Source: Myxococcota bacterium
GTDB taxonomy: Bacteria; Myxococcota; UBA4151
NCBI GenBank assembly: GCA_040260805.1
Contig: JBDQPD010000045.1
Coordinates: forward strand, 1-25,745
Length of the DNA: 25,745 nucleotides
Reading direction: 5' to 3'
The position numbers and the translations under genes were made by a program. This document shows, in pieces, positions 7,770 through 16,763 of this stretch (the stretch's first letter is position 1; each line of letters opens with the position of its first letter). The notes beneath the pieces were generated by a model, which saw nothing but the letters and a program-made list of their open reading frames with translations, ran no database searches and had not been told where the DNA came from.

Positions 7770-9595
7770 CAGCCTGCCTCCTTGAACAAGAAGGGCCAGT
7801 TGACCACGACCACCCCGCCCCCCTTAGGCGTTGGGAACACCCAAGAGCGGATCTTATTGATAATGCATCGAGTCAACGCCGGGTTGGCTAAGGTTGTTCC
7901 TTCGGCGCGTGATTTAGCCGAGCGCACCTTACCATCAGGACCAATCACCCACTGCATGACCAACTTGCCCTCAAGACCAGGCGTCCTCATCAGCTCTAAC
8001 TCGTAGCAATACTTGATCTGCGCCCGGTGGCGGCGAACCACCCGCTCAACCACGGCTTTATCAAGGTTACCCTTAATTTTGCTGCCTGCAGAGTTCAGGC
8101 TGATTTTAAGCTTTTTCTTGTCGCCAAGATTACGTTGCGTGCGCCCGTAGTTGCGATCACTGGACCGCCCACGAGTAGCGATCCGTTTGAGATCGACGGC
8201 TGCGTTCGCTCTGCGAACCGCCTCGTTGTTGCTCAAACCGACAAGATTAGCGTTCGGGTCGACCGCAGCGATCGATCCGAGCGCATTGCTCAGCTCATTA
8301 TTACCCGCACTGAGCACCTCGCTCGCGGTACCCGATGCGCCACCAAAAAGGCTCTCCATGGCCTGCTCGGCTGCGACGACATCAGCAGCGGTTGGCTTGG
8401 CCTTGGCTTTGCTGTCCTCTTTGTCGCGCGCTCCAGGAGCCGACTTCTTGACGTCTTTTGCCTTTGCCTTGGACTTCGCCTTTTCTTTGAGCTCGTCGGG
8501 TTTCTTCTTCGGTCGTGGCTGAATCATCAAACGAACAAAGCGGTTAGGCGCCTTGGTCAACGTGTCTTCAAGCGTCTGGACGCGCGGCGGATGCAGCGAC
8601 AATGCGATGATCGCAGCGGCGTGCAACAGCAAGCTCAGCAGCAACAGATTGATGAAATCGAAGTTGATCTGGCTCAGCCAAGACACAGGCCAAGGGCGAG
8701 CCGTCGGCACCAACTTGTAATCGAGCTGGATCGGGCCGCAGGTAAAGCTACCTGAATCACGAATACCAATCGGCGCGCCGACGCTGTCACCGTCGCGGAA
8801 GAATCCGGGCACCAGCTCGGGTTTCGTCACCTTACCGCCGCCATGTTCGGGACGCCACATCTCGCCACTAGGGACAAAGACGACCCAACCCGTATCGCTG
8901 CGATCAAAGAGCGTACGCCCCTCGAAATGGGTCCCCTCGACGGGAACCTCGAGGTCTTTACCGATCTGGACAGGGCCGTCGTTAAAGTGCGCTAACTCAA
9001 AGCGGCCGCCGTTGTATAACAAGGCGACTTCCAGGGCCGCGGTCGACGGCGTGACCACGGACTCAGGCTCAACGTAGATCCGCTCAACAGCCGATTCAAC
9101 GCCGCCCATAGCTCGGGTCTCAGTCAACTCTTTAGGCTTCATCTCATAAGCGGTGTCGGTGGTCTCTTTCTGGGGCTCCGAGCGCTCTCGACGAGCGACA
9201 CGGCGAGCCGCTTCGAGATGAACCTGCTTCGCTTCTTTACTCGTCTCAAACACTGAACTCAGGCTGGCGTCATCACCCGTCAGCGCATCGTCCATTTCGG
9301 ACCGCAGGTACGTAATCACGCTGCGCCCAAGCTCAATCTGATCACCCGGGGATATCACCGCCGTTTGAATCGCTTCGCCATTGAGCCGGGTACCGCCCGA
9401 ACCGCCGGTGTCGACGATAGTCAACACACCATCTTCGCTCACGTCGACGCGGGCGTGCAGACGACTTGCGGTCGCATCGGCGACTCGCAAGTCAGCTGTG
9501 CTCAAGCGACCGATCGTCGCTGACTGACCAGTAAAATGAGCTTGTCGCTCATTTCCCTGTGAGACCACTAGGCTGAAGAGATGCCGCATGCTCAT
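7769..9595 (-). CDS. gltG: Gliding transducer GltG/PglI: FHA domain, single TM helix, TonB/TolA-like C-terminal domain
   Basis: N-terminal FHA (ATIGRLSTADLRVADATASRLHARV...GTRLNG). TM helix FINLLLLSLLLHAAAIIAL carries the S-x3-H motif of TonB/TolA. K/P-rich linker. C-terminal AgmX/PglI-type domain LDKAVVERVVRRHRAQIKYCYELEL...WVFPTPKGGGVVVVNWPFLFK. Follows gltF. Confidence 0.9.
   Translation of the reverse strand: MSMRHLFSLVVSQGNERQAHFTGQSATIGRLSTADLRVADATASRLHARVDVSEDGVLTIVDTGGSGGTRLNGEAIQTAVISPGDQIELGRSVITYLRSEMDDALTGDDASLSSVFETSKEAKQVHLEAARRVARRERSEPQKETTDTAYEMKPKELTETRAMGGVESAVERIYVEPESVVTPSTAALEVALLYNGGRFELAHFNDGPVQIGKDLEVPVEGTHFEGRTLFDRSDTGWVVFVPSGEMWRPEHGGGKVTKPELVPGFFRDGDSVGAPIGIRDSGSFTCGPIQLDYKLVPTARPWPVSWLSQINFDFINLLLLSLLLHAAAIIALSLHPPRVQTLEDTLTKAPNRFVRLMIQPRPKKKPDELKEKAKSKAKAKDVKKSAPGARDKEDSKAKAKPTAADVVAAEQAMESLFGGASGTASEVLSAGNNELSNALGSIAAVDPNANLVGLSNNEAVRRANAAVDLKRIATRGRSSDRNYGRTQRNLGDKKKLKISLNSAGSKIKGNLDKAVVERVVRRHRAQIKYCYELELMRTPGLEGKLVMQWVIGPDGKVRSAKSRAEGTTLANPALTRCIINKIRSWVFPTPKGGGVVVVNWPFLFKEAG
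7777..7783 (-). promoter_or_regulatory. Shine-Dalgarno AAGGAGG for the gltH-position barrel gene, embedded in the last codons of gltG
   Basis: cctcctt on + strand, 7 nt from the ATG at 7769. Confidence 0.8.
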
Positions 9596-9605
9596 CGAGA
9601 CGCTT

Positions 9606-9866
9606 TCAGAGACGATTCACCAGACGCAGGATTTCCCGACGGAAATGCATGCGGATCTGGATAAGGTTGCGGTGGCGAGACAGTTTACGAGCTTCGAGTA
9701 ACTCACCATCGGGCGTCCGAAGGGTGCCTTCGATGGTGTCATCTTGGTCAAAAGTAAGGACCGTGGTGGACCCCTCTTCAGCTTGACCCGTCAGAGCCGC
9801 TTCGTCGTCCTGAGCGATGGCTGCGCCAGCACCCAAAAACATGATCAAGAGAAGTGCGACCCTCAT
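9606..9866 (-). CDS. cglF: Gliding motility protein GltF/CglF (86 aa, secreted)
   Basis: The likely start is the internal ATG at 9866 (AAAGGA SD upstream), not 10076. Signal peptide MRVALLLIMFLGAGAAIA. Family signature TTVLTFDQDDTIEGTLRTPDGELLEARKLSRHRNLIQIRMHFRREILRLVNRL. Located between gltE and gltG. Confidence 0.92.
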   Translation of the reverse strand: MRVALLLIMFLGAGAAIAQDDEAALTGQAEEGSTTVLTFDQDDTIEGTLRTPDGELLEARKLSRHRNLIQIRMHFRREILRLVNRL

Positions 9867-9906
9867 GTCTCGTTCCTTTCGCCCAGGCACTGTAGTGAAA
9901 GCTTGG

Positions 9907-10995
9907 TCATTCGGCGAGTGCCTCCGCTTCGACGAGTAGGTTGTGAACCGGATGTCCAGCATCTGGGCTCGCCTTCTCAACAAAGCTTTGAAAGATAGGT
10001 AATGCGGCTTTAGCGTCATTTCGGCAGCGCAGATGCAAGACACCGAGATTAAACAAAGCCAGCGGCTTGCGGCCACTCCATTGCTCTAAAATGATCTGCG
10101 CATCGTCACATCGCCCATTAGCGCGCAGCGCCAATGCATGCAGAAGGACGGTTTCAGCGTCGCCAGGAGCGAGCCGGACCGCGCGCTCGGTGTGACGAAG
10201 AGCGCCGCCATAGTCAAAGCCTACCAGCGCCTGTCGTGCGCTCTCGAGCAAGGCCCCGAGATGTCCAGGGTCGGCGTCTAAAGCCGCTTGAAATGCTCGA
10301 CTAGCGGCCACCTTGCGGCCGCGACTCTGCTCGACGGTGCCCAGCAGGTAATGAAGATCGGCGTCTTTAGGTGCCTGCTTGAGTCCTTCTTTGCACACCA
10401 ACCGAGCCAAACGCAGTTCGCCTTGTTCGGCGTGAATACGAGCGAGCGTGGTGTAGGCGAACAGATCTCGACCCTTATTAAACAGATGCTTTCGCAGCGC
10501 CTCGATCGCCTCGGTGCTCTGACCTTCTCGGTGCATCATCCACGATTTGAGGACGGCAGCCCCTTCGTCCTCTTGAGCTTGCGCCACCACCTGTTTCGCC
10601 GCTTCGACCTCATTGGCAGCTAGCAAAATAGCCAAAGCCAGCTGGACGCCACGCAAGCCACCTGCGCGTCGCGCAGCGGCCAGCGCGCCTTGGAAATCGC
10701 CACCACGAGCCAGAAGGGTCGCCTCGGTGAGCGGTGACTCGCCTTGTTCTTGAGCCGCTTGAACGACCTCCTTGATGTCCTTGCCCGACAAGAGCATCCG
10801 CCCCGTCCGCAAGCGACGCCGAGCCGCTCTGCCTTCTTCTTCAGCCGCCTCTTCATCAGCCGCTAGATCATCGAGAAAGGGCTCAAGCGCTGCGAGCTTG
10901 GGATCAACCGCCTCCTGAGTGACCGCTTCTTTTTTTGGCGCCGAAGCGCACGCGAGCCATCCACTCATCACACCCAGCAAGAGAAGGCGATTCAT
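9907..10995 (-). CDS. gltE: TPR lipoprotein GltE/AglT
   Basis: Lipoprotein signal MNRLLLLGVMSGWLAC. TPR repeats including LARIHAEQGELRLARLVCKEGLKQAPKDADLHYLLG and ALFNLGVLHLRC. TAATG coupling to gltD with a GAGGAGG SD. Lies between gltD and gltF. Confidence 0.85.
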   Translation of the reverse strand: MNRLLLLGVMSGWLACASAPKKEAVTQEAVDPKLAALEPFLDDLAADEEAAEEEGRAARRRLRTGRMLLSGKDIKEVVQAAQEQGESPLTEATLLARGGDFQGALAAARRAGGLRGVQLALAILLAANEVEAAKQVVAQAQEDEGAAVLKSWMMHREGQSTEAIEALRKHLFNKGRDLFAYTTLARIHAEQGELRLARLVCKEGLKQAPKDADLHYLLGTVEQSRGRKVAASRAFQAALDADPGHLGALLESARQALVGFDYGGALRHTERAVRLAPGDAETVLLHALALRANGRCDDAQIILEQWSGRKPLALFNLGVLHLRCRNDAKAALPIFQSFVEKASPDAGHPVHNLLVEAEALAE

Positions 10996-13900
10996 TATTC
11001 CTCCTCCTCAAACAAAGCGCTGTCGGTCGTATCCATCGTCCCGTCATCACGGATCTGCTGCGCCATGGAATCTTCGGCGCTGCCTTCGTCAGTCTTGGGC
11101 TTGGCGTCAGTTGCGTCAGTTGCGTCAGGCTGCTCTTGAGCCGGCTTCTCCTCAGCCACCACCGCCGCCGGCTTGGGCTTGGGCTTAGGCGCTTCGCTGA
11201 CCAGAAACTTCAAATCGCTGCTGGCTAATGCCATCGCACCAAGCGGACTGTACGCAGCCACCCAAACCCGCCCCAAACTCGGAGACTCTTCGTCCAAACG
11301 TGGGAACAAATCCGAGCGATGCTCAAGCAAGAACCCTAAGCACCCTTTGGTGTCATCACCCTGCACACCCCATTGTCGAGCCTTGTCTAAGCAGGTGGTG
11401 TAATGCTCTGCGGCGCGATCCTGATATGGAAGCGCTTGATCACTTAGGCGATCTCGAAAGACCTGACTCGCCTCCATACTCAGGTTGCGCGGCGCCCGAA
11501 CAGCCAGCACCTTTTTGGCGTACAGTGCATGCAAATCACCGATCCGCCGGAGCGCCGTCACCGAGCGCGTCGGTGAGCCAATGGACGCCACCGCAACATA
11601 CTGCAGTTTGAGATCTGCCAAGGTTTTGAGTTGGCTCTCAAGCCCAGCTTTGAACGCCTCTTGGTCATTCACGCTAGGGAGCGCTTCTTGAGAGAACCCG
11701 TCAAAGAGCTTCTCAAGCTGCGCGAGACGCGCACTCGCCACCAAATCAGCCGCCTCACCTTTTAGTTTGGTCCCTTTTTCGATGGCCTGCGCAGACGCTG
11801 CCTCCAGGCTCTTTTCAGCTGCAGCCAGCCCCTGTTTGACGCGCCGTTTACGGCTTGGCAGCGCTCGCCATGCCTCGGCGGCACGACCCAGCGCCACCAA
11901 CTTATCACCATCATTAGCCAGATCACGGATCACTCGATCGTAATAATAAGCGGCCTTCTCGTTACCATCGACCTTTTGAACCAGCTTCCCGATGCTCAAG
12001 CGCACCTTACTCACCTTAGCCGCCTTCTCTTTACTGTCCTTGCGCGTGGCGAGTTTGAGGTAGTCTTTGCGATCTCGAAGCGCCGCTTTCGGATCACCGA
12101 GATCCTCACGATAAACGCTCGCATCAAGCCAAGCGGAGGGAGCGAGCTCATCGTCAGGATTCGCCGTCGCAAAGCGCTCAAGGCGATCTGCGGCAGCCTC
12201 GTAATCGCAGGTCTTACGATACACGTTGGCGAGGTTGAAATAAGTCCTGCCTGCGTGCTCTGACTCGGGAAAGCGCTTCACGAAGGCTTTACGGACCTGC
12301 AGCGCGTAGTCGTTTCGTCCCGCTTTTTCCCAGTACACGGCTGCGTTGAACATCGCCTCATCGGCGTAATCGCTGCGGGGGTTGTCGCGGACATAGTTTA
12401 AGAACCCGGTCGCCACGTCGGCAGGCTCAAGGTCAGCCATCGATAGACTCAACACCTTAAAATTCGTCTGATCAGCGATCTTTGCGGCGCGCGCCTGGAA
12501 CTCGGGGCGCTCATTAAACCGGACATCCACTGCATACGTTCGCGCTTGGCGGAGCAGACCGCGCCAGTCTTTCTTTGCCTGCAGTACATCAAAGACTTGA
12601 TCCGCAGCGACCTCGGACAAATCGCTGCCCGCCGCCTGATCGACAATCTTAATGAACGCGGCGAGCGCCTCATCGAGACGCTCTTGCCCGTACAGTGACT
12701 CTGCGATGCGATACCGCGCAACCGCCGCCATTTCACCCTCGGGAGCGATCTCAAGGTACAGTTTACAAGCTGCCATCATCCGCGCAGAGCGCTCTTTAAC
12801 TTTGGCTTTATCTTGAGCCTTACCCTTCGACTCTTCTGCAGCGATCAGCTCATCATACGACCGCACCATCTCGAGCGCAGCATCCGCTGCGTACTGACCT
12901 TTGCGATTGAGTTGGACCGACCCTTGGTACGCTAAGGCAGCGTCTTGATAGCGCTTCATTCCAAAGAGCAACTCACCTTGATAAAACAGCATCTCGTGGC
13001 GATGCGACGAGTCGGGCATCAGCCCCATATACAGTTCGTAGACGGTTGCGGCGTCTTTGAGCATGGCCGAATTTTTGGTTTTGCTGCCGTCGCTGTGCCA
13101 GCGCGTGGCGACCTGCCGCATACCGAGGTCGGCTTCAGCCATCGAGCGCTGCCAACGTTTCTTGTCGCCTGCATCGCCCGCCCCACCTTGACGAAGCCCC
13201 TCAGCCATATCGGTGAGCGCTGACAGCATGCGCTTGCGGTCACCTTGACGCAAAAGGGAGCGAATACGCTTGGCGTAATAACTCGGTAAAAGAGGATCAT
13301 TGCCCGCCTGTGCGATCAGCTGATCGAGCAGAGTCGACGCCAACTCGTCCTTGCCATTACCCAGCCAGATATCGGCGAGTCGATTCGCCATGAAGCGACC
13401 GTGGTCGGGAGCGAGCGCTTTAATCGTCGCCAGCGCAGCGCCTGCGTCACCGTAATGCGAGTAGGACGAAACCCAGTCTCGACGTGCTTCCCGGCCGAGA
13501 CTAAAGCGCCCTTTAGCAGCCCCAGCCTTTTCCGCCTCTTGACCGATCCGGATGACCTTCTCAAAGCGCTCAGTTGCCGCTCTAAAATCATTGAGGTTGT
13601 AGTAGGTCCAAGCGAGCTTGTACTCGGCAAACGGGTGGACCTTGCTCTGCGTGTAGGTCGCCGCCTTCTGGTACGCCTTAATGGCGTTTTCAAGGTCCTG
13701 GTTCTCAAAGTAGTACTCCCCGAAGCTCAACCATGCATCGGGTACAAATGAGGAGTCAGGGAACTCACGGATAATCCGAGTGTAGGTATCCAAAGCGGCC
13801 TCTTTAAAGCCAACCTCCCACCAAGCCTGACCTAAGGCATGCAGAACCTCTGGCATCCGCTCATAATCTGGCAAGTCCCTAATAATCTGGCGATAAGAGC

Positions 13901-14330
13901 CAATGGCGGCGCGCTGAGCTCGCTTGGACTGGGTCTTATACTGGGTGATTTTCGCCCGCTGCTGAGACGCACCGACCTTGTCGCCAGCGCGCTCCAGCTC
14001 GACCGCTTTGTCCTCGGTGCTCCCCACCGAGAAGGTGTAGTAGCGAGCGCGCTCATGCAGGAGCTCTGCTTTGCGAAAGAGCAGCTGCGCGTAGCGCTCG
14101 TCTTCAACCTCAAGCTCAAGCATCTCTTCGATCAATGCGAGCTGGCGAACGCGGACGTCATCCATCTTCCAGGCGGTCTGCAAACGTACATCGTTCATTT
14201 TGACCTGGGGACCCTTGATCGCCACCTTCTCCTCGGCAGCCACGCCCTGGACCTTCGGGACTTTGCGTCCTCGGTCAGCGCCAGCCTCGTCGGCGGGTGC
14301 CATCAGCAAGAGCATCGGAAAAAGCATCAT
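10995..14330 (-). CDS. gltD: Large periplasmic TPR protein GltD/AgmU (1111 aa)
   Basis: Short hydrophobic N-terminus. Many YbgF/BamD-like TPR units (RIIREFPDSSFVPDAWLSFGEYYF, AEYKLAWTYYNLNDF, NPRSDYADEAMFNAA). C-terminal segment TALRRIGDLHALY...APRNLS...QALPYQDRAAEHYTTCLDKA is characteristic of the family. Heads the D-E-F-G series. Confidence 0.88.
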   Translation of the reverse strand: MMLFPMLLLMAPADEAGADRGRKVPKVQGVAAEEKVAIKGPQVKMNDVRLQTAWKMDDVRVRQLALIEEMLELEVEDERYAQLLFRKAELLHERARYYTFSVGSTEDKAVELERAGDKVGASQQRAKITQYKTQSKRAQRAAIGSYRQIIRDLPDYERMPEVLHALGQAWWEVGFKEAALDTYTRIIREFPDSSFVPDAWLSFGEYYFENQDLENAIKAYQKAATYTQSKVHPFAEYKLAWTYYNLNDFRAATERFEKVIRIGQEAEKAGAAKGRFSLGREARRDWVSSYSHYGDAGAALATIKALAPDHGRFMANRLADIWLGNGKDELASTLLDQLIAQAGNDPLLPSYYAKRIRSLLRQGDRKRMLSALTDMAEGLRQGGAGDAGDKKRWQRSMAEADLGMRQVATRWHSDGSKTKNSAMLKDAATVYELYMGLMPDSSHRHEMLFYQGELLFGMKRYQDAALAYQGSVQLNRKGQYAADAALEMVRSYDELIAAEESKGKAQDKAKVKERSARMMAACKLYLEIAPEGEMAAVARYRIAESLYGQERLDEALAAFIKIVDQAAGSDLSEVAADQVFDVLQAKKDWRGLLRQARTYAVDVRFNERPEFQARAAKIADQTNFKVLSLSMADLEPADVATGFLNYVRDNPRSDYADEAMFNAAVYWEKAGRNDYALQVRKAFVKRFPESEHAGRTYFNLANVYRKTCDYEAAADRLERFATANPDDELAPSAWLDASVYREDLGDPKAALRDRKDYLKLATRKDSKEKAAKVSKVRLSIGKLVQKVDGNEKAAYYYDRVIRDLANDGDKLVALGRAAEAWRALPSRKRRVKQGLAAAEKSLEAASAQAIEKGTKLKGEAADLVASARLAQLEKLFDGFSQEALPSVNDQEAFKAGLESQLKTLADLKLQYVAVASIGSPTRSVTALRRIGDLHALYAKKVLAVRAPRNLSMEASQVFRDRLSDQALPYQDRAAEHYTTCLDKARQWGVQGDDTKGCLGFLLEHRSDLFPRLDEESPSLGRVWVAAYSPLGAMALASSDLKFLVSEAPKPKPKPAAVVAEEKPAQEQPDATDATDAKPKTDEGSAEDSMAQQIRDDGTMDTTDSALFEEEE
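10998..11009 (-). promoter_or_regulatory. Shine-Dalgarno GAGGAGG for gltE, formed by the EEEE codons ending gltD
   Basis: GAG GAG GAG GAA TAATG on the minus strand. Confidence 0.8.
11104..11128. repeat. 9-bp tandem repeat (gcgtcagtt x2.8) encoding DAT-DAT-DA in the GltD tail
   Basis: gcgtcagtt gcgtcagtt gcgtcag read directly; a PKPKPKP hexamer repeat lies nearby at about 11170-11190. Confidence 0.8.
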
Positions 14331-16078
14331 CGGCAGCTGCTCCCGAGATGGACTTCATACGTCTCGAGTTCATCCCGCCAGTACTCGCCTTCAAACGGCC
14401 ACCAGTTGTAATCGTCTGTCACCGAGACAGGGTCTCCAGTCGGCACTGCGATCACACCGCCGGTGCCGCCGCGCAGTTCTTGCTGCAGCACTTTGGTCCG
14501 TTGTTCTTCGATTTCTACCTTCAGCGCCAGAGCGCTTTTGAGCAGATTCGCTAAGGAAACCCGCTGACCGAGCATCGCGCCACGCACCAGCAGCCCAACT
14601 TGCTCGCGCAGTGCGCGGAATCGAAGCTTAAATACCCGCTCAAGACGGCTCAAATCGCGAGGCTGCAGTCCAGCACCAAGCAATCGAGAGTACTCCCCTT
14701 CCGCCCCTTCGAAGATCGAGATCGAGCGCGCTATCGATGGCTGCATGGACAGCTGATCGAGCCGCCGCGCGAGCACATCGTCTTCTAACTGACCGCGCCT
14801 GAGGAACTGGCTCAGCCACTCACTACCCTTAGGCATCTCGGCAAGAGCTCCGCTGAGCCGATCGTAAATGCTTCTTTTATTGAGCACCAAAGTCGCCGCA
14901 GCGACCGCTTCATCGTAGCGGCAGTTCTCATAAAAGCTGAGCGCCTTGAGAACCTCGATCTCCTCGATGATTTGGTCGCTCAAGAAGGGCGAGTCAAAGG
15001 CTTCAAGGATGCCGAGGACCCGACCAAAATGACCGCGCCGGAACTGAGCCCAAGCTTGCTCGAAAAGGGCCCGAGGCCAATCAGGGCTGCTTGCGGGCAC
15101 CTTACGATAATAATCCAGCGCTGCTCGCATCTGACCGTGTGCATAATGCACGCGCGCCATCTGCATCAGCGCCACCGCTCGCACCTTCGAGTCACCGTAT
15201 TTATTCGCCATGCGAAAATGACCGAGCGCGCTCTCATCATCAGCCTCTAACGTCGCAACGAGCCCCGCCTGCAACTGAGCTTTAGCGTACATCTCGTGCC
15301 CACGAGGGACCAAGCCCAGGAGCGAGCGCACTTTGGCGACGGTCTTTGCTGTACGCGGGATCTCGCCTTCATTATCCGCCTTCTTTTTACGTTTACCTTC
15401 CGCTTCGGCCGCTTGGATTTTTGCCTGCGCAGCGGCGCTCTTACTCTCCTGATCACCAGCAGCTTCTTCCTGCTGCTCTTGATCCGCAAAAGCTCCACCG
15501 AGCCCTGACTCTTCCAAAGCTAAAGCGTCGCCCTCTTTGACCTCTTTACCAGCCGCTGGCTTGCGCTCTCTTGGGGCTTGCTCTGCCTCTTGCGCAGCGA
15601 CCTCTTCTGCAAGAGCGGCGCGCGCTGCGTGATACCCAAAGAAGGGTCTCCACTTTGGATCAAGCTCAGCAGGAGGAACGCCATGCAGCACCCGCGCCAG
15701 CTCGGGCGCGGTGACAGCCGATTCGAACAAGGGACCGAGCTCCTGCAATAGCTCTGCACGGACTGCAGGCGCAGTCGATGACAAGGTGTCCGCGACGAGC
15801 AAGACGGCGAGTCGAGGCAGCTCGAGTCGAAGCGCCGCCAAGCCCTGTAAAATCGCCGCTTCGTTTGCGACCGGTCCAGTCAATCCGCCTGCGGTGATCT
15901 GACTCGCCCGAGCCAGCGCGGTACCGAAGCGCCCTTGCGCAAAGTCTGCCCGAGCAGCATCGAGATCAGATTTGCCCAGCTCGACCCCCGGCTTTTGGGC
16001 ACCTGACGCACCGCTCCCGCCGCCGAGATCGATCTCGAACCCTTGGGCTAGGAGGAGCAGCGAGAGGCTAAACAACAA
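14327..16078 (-). CDS. gltC: Periplasmic TPR protein GltC
   Basis: TTG start and short signal MLFSLSLLLLAQ. TPR core (ALMQMARVHYAHGQ...WPRALFEQAWAQF; LKALSFYENCRYDEA). Hallmark C-terminus WWPFEGEYWRDELETYEVHLGSSCR. Directly downstream of a GltA/B-type barrel. Confidence 0.9.
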   Translation of the reverse strand: MLFSLSLLLLAQGFEIDLGGGSGASGAQKPGVELGKSDLDAARADFAQGRFGTALARASQITAGGLTGPVANEAAILQGLAALRLELPRLAVLLVADTLSSTAPAVRAELLQELGPLFESAVTAPELARVLHGVPPAELDPKWRPFFGYHAARAALAEEVAAQEAEQAPRERKPAAGKEVKEGDALALEESGLGGAFADQEQQEEAAGDQESKSAAAQAKIQAAEAEGKRKKKADNEGEIPRTAKTVAKVRSLLGLVPRGHEMYAKAQLQAGLVATLEADDESALGHFRMANKYGDSKVRAVALMQMARVHYAHGQMRAALDYYRKVPASSPDWPRALFEQAWAQFRRGHFGRVLGILEAFDSPFLSDQIIEEIEVLKALSFYENCRYDEAVAAATLVLNKRSIYDRLSGALAEMPKGSEWLSQFLRRGQLEDDVLARRLDQLSMQPSIARSISIFEGAEGEYSRLLGAGLQPRDLSRLERVFKLRFRALREQVGLLVRGAMLGQRVSLANLLKSALALKVEIEEQRTKVLQQELRGGTGGVIAVPTGDPVSVTDDYNWWPFEGEYWRDELETYEVHLGSSCR

Positions 16079-16079
16079 C

Positions 16080-16763
16080 TTAGCCCCGATTCTTCAGCGG
16101 GAAATAGATCGCTAAACCCGTCTGTAAGAACAAAGGCGCTTTGATGTCTTCAACGCCACGAAACTCAGTGCTGAACATCAACCAACGGCCAACCACATCA
16201 AGCGATAAGAACTCATTCACATAGAGCCGACCACCGAGTGCGGCGGAACCGGTTGGTTTAAACTCTGCTTCCACGTCTGTCAGTCCGCCGCGCCCCTCAA
16301 CGAAGAGGTCGTAGTGAACCACCACATCGGAAAACAGCGCCATTTTGCCATAAACCGGGGTGTAGGAGGCTCCAAATCCAAAGCTACTCATCAGCACTTG
16401 TTCGCCACGTACCCAGCGTTCTTGAGAACGCACCAAGTGCACAGCGTCTGAATCCACTTGCATTACGCGGTGGTCGCCACCGAGAACAAACGAGAAGCCC
16501 TCGGCCAGGTGGTAATACAAGCTACCGCCGACGGTATGGGTCGTCACCACCGGATCATTGAGGGTTAGACCGTAGCTTGGCACCAAGCTAAAACGTCCCG
16601 CTTTGCGCGTCTTACGTCGCTGAACGCTTCGTAATCGATCGCGTTGCGTCTTGGCATCGACGCGGCCGACCTCGTCGGCTGCCGATGCGCTTGAGATCGG
16701 ACTCATCACGACCGCGAGACTCAAGCACATGAGCGCGGTCACAAAAGGAAATCGAATGATCAT
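16080..16763 (-). CDS. Outer-membrane beta-barrel of the GltA/GltB (myxobacterial OMP) family
   Basis: Signal peptide ending ASA. Motifs RLRSVQRRKTRKAGRFSLVP...LNDP, YYHLAEGF, YTPVYGKMALF...VHYDLF and C-terminal strand GLAIYFP. ATGA overlap with the upstream vWA gene. GltA and GltB cannot be distinguished by eye. Confidence 0.85.
   Translation of the reverse strand: MIIRFPFVTALMCLSLAVVMSPISSASAADEVGRVDAKTQRDRLRSVQRRKTRKAGRFSLVPSYGLTLNDPVVTTHTVGGSLYYHLAEGFSFVLGGDHRVMQVDSDAVHLVRSQERWVRGEQVLMSSFGFGASYTPVYGKMALFSDVVVHYDLFVEGRGGLTDVEAEFKPTGSAALGGRLYVNEFLSLDVVGRWLMFSTEFRGVEDIKAPLFLQTGLAIYFPLKNRG

Noticed and set aside
8027..8755. 242-aa plus-strand ORF with hydrophobic stretches
   Set aside because: Antisense to the Lys-rich gltG linker (AAG/AAA read as CTT/TTT), which explains the apparent TM segments.
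9867..10076. N-terminal extension of the 156-aa ORF 9606..10076
   Set aside because: Overlaps gltE; the signal peptide and SD point to the ATG at 9866.
7248..16763. Alternative reading as an Nfs spore-coat cluster or a generic Tol-Pal/TonB uptake locus
   Set aside because: Linked GltI-like, GltJ-like and vWA adhesin genes, and the absence of TolB, Pal or a TonB-dependent receptor, fit a Glt-type system better; not fully excluded without phylogeny.
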